Assembly (NCBI GenBank): GCA_965217775.1
Contig: CBDCJH010000002.1
Location: 5,408,001 to 5,472,000 of the forward strand
Direction of reading: 5' to 3'
Source: Acidobacteriota bacterium
Lineage (GTDB): Bacteria; Acidobacteriota; UBA6911; RPQK01; JAJDTT01
DNA: 64,000 bases
Shown here one piece after another: positions 57,331 through 64,000 of this stretch; position 1 is the stretch's first letter, and every line of letters begins with the position of its first letter. The notes under the pieces are model-generated. The model made no database searches and had not been told where the DNA came from. It worked only from the letters and a program-made list of their open reading frames with translations. The position numbers and the translations under genes were made by a program.

Positions 57331-58743
57331 TCACCGCCGGGCGTCCGGGCTTCGTTTGACAAGTCTGTCCTCACCGAAAACCATCTCGGACTGGTGGCCG
57401 GCGACCAATGCCTTGATGCTTTGAATCACGTCCGGGTAGAGGTGGGCCACGTCGTACTGCTCACCGGGGTCCCGGCCCAGGTGGTAAAGCAACGGCGGAT
57501 CGTGGTGCGTCTCGGGTTCGGTCCGGCCGGTATAGACCGGCTTGGTGATGAAGTGGGCCTTGAAGTCGCCCTGTCGGACGGCGTAGAGCTTCGACTCCCG
57601 ATAGAAGAACATGCTCTTGCGCGGGCTCTCCCCGCTGCCGAACAGAGCCGGGGTCAGATCGTAGCTGTCCATTACTCGGTCGGACGGCGGTTCAGCGCCG
57701 GCGAGAGCGCAGAACGTAGCGAACAGGTCCAGCGTGGAGCCGATCCCCATCACGACCCCCTTGGCGAGCCGCCCTGGCCACCAGAAAATGGTGGGTTCCC
57801 GCATACCCCCTTCCCAAGTCGCCCCCTTTCCCTCGCGGAGCAGTCCCGCCGATCCGCCATGCTCTTTGTAGGGAAGCCACGGGCCGTTGTCCGACGTAAA
57901 CACTACGAGCGTGCGCTCGGCTATTCCCAGATCGTTGAGGGCCATCATGATCCGACCCACGCCGTGATCGATCTCCTCCACCACGTCGCCGTACAGGCCA
58001 CGTTTGCTGGTTCCCAGAAAGTCCTCCGACGCGAACAGCGGCACGTGGGGCAGGTTGTGGGCCAGATAGAGGAAGAAAGGCCGCTCCCGGTTCTCCCGAA
58101 TGAACCGGACCGCTGCTTCGGAATACCGCTTGGTGATGGTCCGCTGGTCGGCCGGCCGTTCCACGACCTCCCGGTCCCGGAGCAGGGGGACGTTCCAATA
58201 CTCGATTCGCGCCGTCTTCACCAGATCCCGGGTCGATCCTTTCCGCGTCTGGTCCATGTCGTTGGAATAGGGGATGCCGAAGTAGGAATCGAAGCCGTTG
58301 TTGGTGGGCAGAAATCGGGGCAGGTGTCCAAGGTGCCACTTCCCGATGCAGGCGGTGGCGTAACCCTCAGCCCGGAGCGCCTCCGCCAGCGTGACCTCGT
58401 TTTCGGGAATTCCGCTTGCAGAATCGGGGAACAGCACCCGGCTCTTCGGACTCATCATGCCGTTGCGCACCGGCAGCCGTCCCGTGAGGAGAGCGGCGCG
58501 GCTGGGGGTGCAGACGCTGGCGGCCGCATAGAAGTGAGTCCACTTCTGCCCCTCCTGGGCCATGCGGTCCAGATTCGGGGTCCGGATGGTGGGGTGCCCG
58601 AAGGTCCCCAGATCCCCGTATCCCAGATCGTCGCAGAATATGACGACCAGGTTGGGGCGAATGGTTTCGGATGGCGCCTGGCAGGCGAATACCGGTAGCG
58701 CGAGTGCCAGGATCTGGTACCGGAGCAGTCGAGTGGTTTTCAT
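57331..58743 (-). CDS. arylsulfatase (Cys-type, S1 family)
   Basis: PNLVVIFCDDLGYGD, CTPSRAALLTGR, GKWHLG, TSDNG. Confidence 0.95.
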   Translation of the reverse strand: MKTTRLLRYQILALALPVFACQAPSETIRPNLVVIFCDDLGYGDLGTFGHPTIRTPNLDRMAQEGQKWTHFYAAASVCTPSRAALLTGRLPVRNGMMSPKSRVLFPDSASGIPENEVTLAEALRAEGYATACIGKWHLGHLPRFLPTNNGFDSYFGIPYSNDMDQTRKGSTRDLVKTARIEYWNVPLLRDREVVERPADQRTITKRYSEAAVRFIRENRERPFFLYLAHNLPHVPLFASEDFLGTSKRGLYGDVVEEIDHGVGRIMMALNDLGIAERTLVVFTSDNGPWLPYKEHGGSAGLLREGKGATWEGGMREPTIFWWPGRLAKGVVMGIGSTLDLFATFCALAGAEPPSDRVMDSYDLTPALFGSGESPRKSMFFYRESKLYAVRQGDFKAHFITKPVYTGRTEPETHHDPPLLYHLGRDPGEQYDVAHLYPDVIQSIKALVAGHQSEMVFGEDRLVKRSPDARR

Positions 58744-58768
58744 GAGCCATCATCCCCCGCAGTATTCG

Positions 58769-61045
58769 TCAATACCGCCGGACCCGGGAAATCCGGATCT
58801 CGCCGATCTGTCCGAAGAAATTGCCAAATCCCAGCCAGTTGAACTTCCCGCCGTAGCGGGCGCGTCCGTTGAGGCGGCTCCCCACCGAAAACTGAGCCAG
58901 ATGCCGCCGGTTGTTGACCAGTCTGCGACCGTCCGGGCTCTTCATCTCCCAGATCAGCCGTCCGTCCAGATAGAGCTGGTGGAGGTCCTCGGCGTAGGAG
59001 TACTGCCAGGCGATGTGGTGCCAGGCGGTGTCGCGGATCCCCACCCATCTCGGAGCCGCCACCGTGCCCTCGGGACGGCTGTAAGGATGCAGGTCCCTGA
59101 GGGCCTGCTCCGGCACCGCCCCGAAAAAATGGACCCCCGGCGCCATGCCGCCGTCGGATGAACCCTGGTCGGAGAGGTAGAGCTCCCAGACCCCCCGTTC
59201 GGTGTTGTCGTAGGTGCCGCAGACGTGGCCGTAGTGGAATTCGCGAAAGTAGCCGTCGACGGGACCGGCTCTGCGGACCCACGCCTCCACCGTCCACTCG
59301 GTTTCGAGGGTCTGAAGATCCACCTTCCGGTTCCATTGGGGCCCGACGAAGCCCCCTTCTCCTCCTCCGATGAAATGGGGATAGCGTCCCCAACCCGGCC
59401 GTGGCAATCGCGTGTCTCCCTTGGTGTTGACCCAGGTCAGAGTCAATTCCGAATCTCCCATTACGTCCGGAATGTACCGGCCGCTGGGTCCCTGCCAGTC
59501 CCAGAGGACCACGGTCCGGTCATCGGGCCCGATCCGCCGGAGCTGCGCTGGAGCGACCTTCAATTCGAACTCCCGGGAAGCTCTCTGCCCTGCCGCATCG
59601 GTGGCCTGGAGCCGAAGGCTTCTGAGCTCCAGAGCCGTCGGGTTGCCAATGAGCTCACCCTGCTTCGCGTGGAGGGAGATCCCGTCTGGCAAGCTCCCCT
59701 CTGTCAGGCGCCAAGTCACCGGCTCCACCATATGACGAGTCTCAAGGGTCTGGCGGTACGGAGTTCCGATGAAGCCGACGGGGAGGGAGGTCGTGACCAC
59801 CTCGGCCGCCGCTACGGTGACGGCGAAGGTGTGCTCGTCGTCGTACCCGGCCGAATCGGTCGCACGCAGGGTGAAAGACTGTTCCTGGACCGGTTCCGCC
59901 GGCTGGCCTTCCAAGGTCCCCGCAGCCTCGTTGAAGGTCAATCCATCCGGCAGCTTTCCTCCGACATGCTCCCAGCGGACATCTTCCCGGGCCGCATCGG
60001 TGGAGAATTTCACGGAGTAGGGGGCGTGCAACCCGGCTTCAGGAAGCAGCCGCCGGACGATGGCCAATTTCTCGGCCACCGGGTAGCGCATGACGTCGGA
60101 GATGCGGAGCTCGTCCAGCTCCCCTTCGAAATCGTAGGTCTTGACGTGGTAGGGAGGGCCCAGTGAGTTGACGATCCCACCGACCATGAAGGGGATGTCG
60201 TTGCGTTCGGCGTCATTGATCACCCGCCGGCTCGGGGTGATCTTCCAGATCAGCTTCCCGTCCAGGAAAAGATAGTGGGTCTGGTCTTCGTAGCGGAACT
60301 GCCAGGCTACATGGCGCCATTCCGGCTGCTGAATGGCGTCGGCGTGGACCAGGGTTCCGGAACCGGCCTTGCGTCCCGCGTAGACATAGCCACCGGTGTC
60401 GCTGTGAGGCGCCCGCTTCTGCGAACCGATGAACCGGGCCGCCGGCAGCAGCCCGGGCTGAATCGGCCATTCGTCCAACCAGGAGTGCAGGCTGAAATCC
60501 CATCCGCCACGAACCCCGGGCGGCAGGCTGAAGCCCTCGTCGTCGGTCCCGCAAATCTTGGCGAAGGGACCCGCGGTTCCCGAACCCCGTGGTCGATAGG
60601 ACGCCGGGTGGTTCAAGCGGATTCCGCTCAGGGCGAATCCGTCATAGCGCACCCAGGCCTCCACCGTCCAAGCCTCGGTGCAGGTGCGCAATTCCAGCTT
60701 GTCGTTGTTCACCGGTCCGATCCGCAGGTTGGCGTCGTCCTCGCGAACCGTGAACTTGGCCGTGGCGCCGAATCCGGGACGGCTCCCCCACAAGGCCTTC
60801 TTGTGGGCCTTCAGAGTCAGGGCCGGATCGCCCATGGCGTCGTGGGAGTCCTCACCCTGACCCTCGTCAAAGTGGTACAGGACCACGGTGTGCGGGTCCG
60901 GGCGAAAGGGCTCGCGCAACGACGCCGGCAGGGAATCGGAAGCAGGAGTAGAGACGGCCCATGTTCCCAGAAACACCGCGGGGCCAATCCAACCCGCCCA
61001 GGTCAGGAAACGCCTCAGGCCAAGCTGTCCGCACTTCAAAAGCAT
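58769..61045 (-). CDS. secreted LamG-Ig-Ig-LamG protein
   Basis: two LamG-like domains (WTVEAWVR, WxHxAW, DELRIS/GEIRIS) flanking two putative Ig domains (GKLPDGLT, GSLPDGIS). Confidence 0.82.
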   Translation of the reverse strand: MLLKCGQLGLRRFLTWAGWIGPAVFLGTWAVSTPASDSLPASLREPFRPDPHTVVLYHFDEGQGEDSHDAMGDPALTLKAHKKALWGSRPGFGATAKFTVREDDANLRIGPVNNDKLELRTCTEAWTVEAWVRYDGFALSGIRLNHPASYRPRGSGTAGPFAKICGTDDEGFSLPPGVRGGWDFSLHSWLDEWPIQPGLLPAARFIGSQKRAPHSDTGGYVYAGRKAGSGTLVHADAIQQPEWRHVAWQFRYEDQTHYLFLDGKLIWKITPSRRVINDAERNDIPFMVGGIVNSLGPPYHVKTYDFEGELDELRISDVMRYPVAEKLAIVRRLLPEAGLHAPYSVKFSTDAAREDVRWEHVGGKLPDGLTFNEAAGTLEGQPAEPVQEQSFTLRATDSAGYDDEHTFAVTVAAAEVVTTSLPVGFIGTPYRQTLETRHMVEPVTWRLTEGSLPDGISLHAKQGELIGNPTALELRSLRLQATDAAGQRASREFELKVAPAQLRRIGPDDRTVVLWDWQGPSGRYIPDVMGDSELTLTWVNTKGDTRLPRPGWGRYPHFIGGGEGGFVGPQWNRKVDLQTLETEWTVEAWVRRAGPVDGYFREFHYGHVCGTYDNTERGVWELYLSDQGSSDGGMAPGVHFFGAVPEQALRDLHPYSRPEGTVAAPRWVGIRDTAWHHIAWQYSYAEDLHQLYLDGRLIWEMKSPDGRRLVNNRRHLAQFSVGSRLNGRARYGGKFNWLGFGNFFGQIGEIRISRVRRY

Positions 61046-61157
61046 GTACAGACATTCAAGGAGCCAACGAAGGGGTTGTCAACGGAAGCGGTACGAGACC
61101 GACGAAGGTACGGGCTTGCTCTTGAATGAAAGCTAGCCTCAAACCCTGCGGATGAGG

Positions 61158-61186
61158 TTGACAATATTCCATGGATGGAATATATG
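61158..61186 (+). promoter_or_regulatory. sigma70-like promoter with operator palindrome
   Basis: TTGACA-17 nt-TATATG overlapping ATATTCCA-TGGA-TGGAATAT. Confidence 0.7.
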
Positions 61187-61219
61187 GACGAACTGAGAAA
61201 GGAAGGGCTGAACAATTGA
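61184..61219 (+). pseudogene. relic of a RelE/HigB-like toxin (last codons only)
   Basis: MDELRKEGLNN-stop; the stop overlaps the antitoxin TTG start. Confidence 0.55.
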
Positions 61220-61551
61220 GTGGCCGTCATGCTTTCAACGATTTGACGAAGGGGTATACGCGAGAGCGGCACGCGCGAATCGAGGCCAGGAAGACGGAGT
61301 TGCGCGCGGCGATGTTGCTCCACGAACTGCGACAGGCACGGGCGATGACCCAAAAGGCCCTTGGCGAAGCCTTGAACGTCAAGCAGCCGGCCGTTGCGAG
61401 GCTGGAGCGACGGGCGGACATGTACGTTTCGAATCTCCGTGCATACGTTGAGGCCATGGGCGGTCGATTGAGCATCGTGGCCAAATTCCCGCAGGGCGAC
61501 GTCACGATCACGAACTTCTCCGACATGGACGAGGAAGCCCCATCTGTATGA
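61216..61551 (+). CDS. XRE-family HTH antitoxin (HigA-like)
   Basis: LHELRQARAMTQKALGEALNVKQPAVARLERRADMYVSNLRAYVEAMGG. Confidence 0.9.
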   Translation: MSGRHAFNDLTKGYTRERHARIEARKTELRAAMLLHELRQARAMTQKALGEALNVKQPAVARLERRADMYVSNLRAYVEAMGGRLSIVAKFPQGDVTITNFSDMDEEAPSV

Positions 61552-61628
61552 TGGCATTGCCCAAAAACCACAATGGTGACTCGGCCAGGATCGTATATCC
61601 TGAATCCATAATCCTCGGGAATCCAACG

Positions 61629-63545
61629 ATGAATGCTCTTTCCAAAATCCGTTCCCTGATCTCGTTCATCGTCTTGACAACGTTGGCCTCGTCCGGCTGC
61701 CAGACCGGAGCACCGCCCTCCGAAAACGCACGGAGCGATCCCCAACGCCTCGAGTTCACCCGGATGATCGTCCACTGGACCCGGTACGTGGAGCCCGGCT
61801 ACCTGGATTTCGTCCAAGAGGCGGAGCCGGAAATCGCCCAGGTCGGCTTTTACGGTGCCGACTTCTGGTCCATCGCTCATCTCCCGGACAAGAACAAGGG
61901 CGTCACCGGACCCCTGCTGCCCATCCATGCCGGGGTCGTGGAAGCCCAGGATCCCGCCGAGCGGATCCGGCTGAGCGCCGACTACTTCGAAGCGATCAAC
62001 CGTGAGCTCAAGCAACGTGGAGTGAGACCCATCGGTCACTTCTCCGTCGCCAAGTACCTGCTGGGGCGGCCGGACCCGGAAGGCCGGCTCGGAGACGGTT
62101 TCTTCAAGTTCTACAACGAGCTTTGGGACGAGAACGAACTGGGCCCGAAACCGGTTGCCGACCCCTTGGAGCTGTTGGCCAAGAACCGGGACGGCACTCC
62201 CTACGTCAGTTTCGATGAGGACGCTGCTCCCTACGGCGTCTATTGGGGCTGTCTCGCCAACCCCGACTGGCGCCGGGTTCTGAAGGCCTGGGTCAAGCGA
62301 GGGATCGAACGGGGCCTGGACGGTTTTCAGATCAACTACTTCTATCGGGTCGACTGTCACTGCCGGTATTGCGTGCGCGGCTTCAAGGCTCATCTGGCGT
62401 CCCGCCACGATCCGGAGGAGCTGCGGCGCCGGTTCGGAATCGAGGATCTGGACGATCACCTATTCAGTGAGATCGTCTCCCGCCATCCTCCCGGCGAGAC
62501 GACTTCGCTGCGCCTGGAGATGCAGCTTTTCTCGGACTTGGTCAACAAGGAGGCCTTCGACGAGGTCTTCCATCAATACGGCCGCTCCCTCAAGCCGGAC
62601 CTGATCACCTCCGTCTGGGGCCACAGCTCCCAGGATTTCGGGAATCCGCCCACCGGGAACAACGACGAGCGGATGATGCTCCCCTCCGAACTCTGGGGAA
62701 AAGACGAGAGCTACCTCTGGTACTGCCTGGGCCGGCAGGAACCGACGCTGCAACTGCGCTACATCCGGGGCGCCTTCGACGACAAGCCGTACACGGTCTG
62801 CCATTACGAGAGCGTCAAGATCCGGGCCTCAATGGCGGAGCTCATAGCCAACGGCGGAGCGCCCATGGCCAGGTACATCGATTTCACCGATCCGGAGGCC
62901 AAGCGGGAGTTCGTGCGCTACTACCAGTTCCTCAAGCGGTACGATTCGGTCTTCCGTGCCAATCGGCCCTACGGCGAGGTCCTGCTGGCGCACCCCCGCA
63001 GCCACAATCACCAGGGCCGGCTGATCCCGGCCATGACGGCATTTCAGGAGATCGGACATCACCTGATGGACCGTCACGTCCTCTTCGACGTGATTCCGGA
63101 CGAGACCCTCCGGCCGGAGCAGAGGAGCGCCTACCGCCGGGTCTACGAGATCGACTCCGCCGAGGAAATGGAGACGGAGAGCTTCGCGGACTTGAGCCGG
63201 TTCCAAGCACCGGCGACGGTGCGGGTCTCGGCCAGCCGGCCCGCCGGAGGGGGCGAGGTGACGCTTCACTTTGTGAACTACGACCGGGAGGCCGGCCCGG
63301 AGGGGTATGCGGGAAGCGGTATCGCCGACGAGAAACCCATCGCCGTCGACGGTGTCGGCGTCGATTTCGTCGTTCCGGACGCTTCCCGAGTGGTGAAGGT
63401 GGAAGCGCTGTCGCCGGAACGGCCCGAGCCGGAAACTTTGGCCATTCAGGTCGAAGGCGGCCGACTCCGGTTCACCATGCCGGAGTTCCTGGTCTACGGC
63501 ATGGCTCGCATCCACCTGGAGCCGGTCCTGTCTGCCCAGCGGTAG
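61629..63545 (+). CDS. lipoprotein, putative glycoside-hydrolase-like TIM barrel
   Basis: LASSGC lipobox, CLANPDWR, GLDGFQIN, CHCRYC zinc-like motif, LHFVNY C-terminus. Confidence 0.7.
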   Translation: MNALSKIRSLISFIVLTTLASSGCQTGAPPSENARSDPQRLEFTRMIVHWTRYVEPGYLDFVQEAEPEIAQVGFYGADFWSIAHLPDKNKGVTGPLLPIHAGVVEAQDPAERIRLSADYFEAINRELKQRGVRPIGHFSVAKYLLGRPDPEGRLGDGFFKFYNELWDENELGPKPVADPLELLAKNRDGTPYVSFDEDAAPYGVYWGCLANPDWRRVLKAWVKRGIERGLDGFQINYFYRVDCHCRYCVRGFKAHLASRHDPEELRRRFGIEDLDDHLFSEIVSRHPPGETTSLRLEMQLFSDLVNKEAFDEVFHQYGRSLKPDLITSVWGHSSQDFGNPPTGNNDERMMLPSELWGKDESYLWYCLGRQEPTLQLRYIRGAFDDKPYTVCHYESVKIRASMAELIANGGAPMARYIDFTDPEAKREFVRYYQFLKRYDSVFRANRPYGEVLLAHPRSHNHQGRLIPAMTAFQEIGHHLMDRHVLFDVIPDETLRPEQRSAYRRVYEIDSAEEMETESFADLSRFQAPATVRVSASRPAGGGEVTLHFVNYDREAGPEGYAGSGIADEKPIAVDGVGVDFVVPDASRVVKVEALSPERPEPETLAIQVEGGRLRFTMPEFLVYGMARIHLEPVLSAQR

Positions 63546-63623
63546 AGTCACTGGTCTCCCGGCGGTGCTCATTGGTGGGATAGCCGGGGGAGCATGGCGA
63601 GACGAACGGAAGTGAGGGACAGA

Positions 63624-64000
63624 ATGAACGGAACCATCTCGACCCAGGAATACGAGTCCCGGCACGAGCGGGTCCGGGAGTTTTTGCGGGAACGGGACCT
63701 GGGCGCTCTCTTCGTCTATTCGCCCCCCGCGGAGCACAAATGGGGCCAGACCGCCCACGTGGCCTATCTCTCGGGCTGGGCCAACCATGATCGCATCGTG
63801 GATTCCGTGGTCGTAGTCCCGGTCTCCGGACCGCCGGCACTCCTGTTTGCGGGTATTCAATACATGCAGGAGCAGGCGGAGGAGGTGTCGCCGCTGGAAG
63901 ATATCCGTCTGGTCCAAGCCGTCGATCCGCATGCGGTCGCCGTCGCCCGGGGACAGGGCAAGGGACCTCGCGACTTTGCCGCCGAAACCGTCGCCATCCT
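63624..64000 (+). CDS. Xaa-Pro peptidase/creatinase (M24) N-terminal domain, runs off the window
   Basis: EYESRHERVREFLRERDLGALFVY, VAYLSGW, VVVP..GPPALL. Confidence 0.75.
   Translation, partial: MNGTISTQEYESRHERVREFLRERDLGALFVYSPPAEHKWGQTAHVAYLSGWANHDRIVDSVVVVPVSGPPALLFAGIQYMQEQAEEVSPLEDIRLVQAVDPHAVAVARGQGKGPRDFAAETVAI

Overview
GC-rich bacterial chromosomal window. The gene complement (VWA, FG-GAP, PEGA, DUF1015, sulfatase, PhyH pair) suggests Acidobacteriota, possibly host- or sponge-associated; this is inference. The backbone is housekeeping and catabolic: mutY (partial), dcp, etfBA, PduO-type adenosyltransferase, DnaC-like ATPase, trmJ, a 2-oxoacid dehydrogenase E1a/E1b/E2 cluster, a sulfite/nitrite reductase, a HisJ-type phosphatase, an ABC exporter, mrp, arsC and a sulfatase. 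Several large secreted proteins are also present. Five small, visibly more AT-rich accessory patches are interspersed, at about 2.9-3.2, 20.3-23.2, 26.1-28.9, 54.7-57.3 and 61.1-61.55 kb. They carry defence or toxin-antitoxin genes that are mostly disarmed: a nonsense-mutated Eco29kI-like endonuclease, a deleted toxin, a truncated Type ISP enzyme and a frameshifted DUF1640 gene. One patch is bounded by a 76-bp duplication of the 3' end of a LysM transglycosylase gene (att-like), and another by diverged direct repeats. I also found two copies of a 160-bp TA-flanked MITE, REP-like hairpins and a tandem gene duplication with a visible junction. I saw no tRNA, rRNA, CRISPR array or integrase. Family assignments come from motif recognition by eye, not database searches. 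I cannot establish a wholly new system; the best candidates are ranked in the findings.
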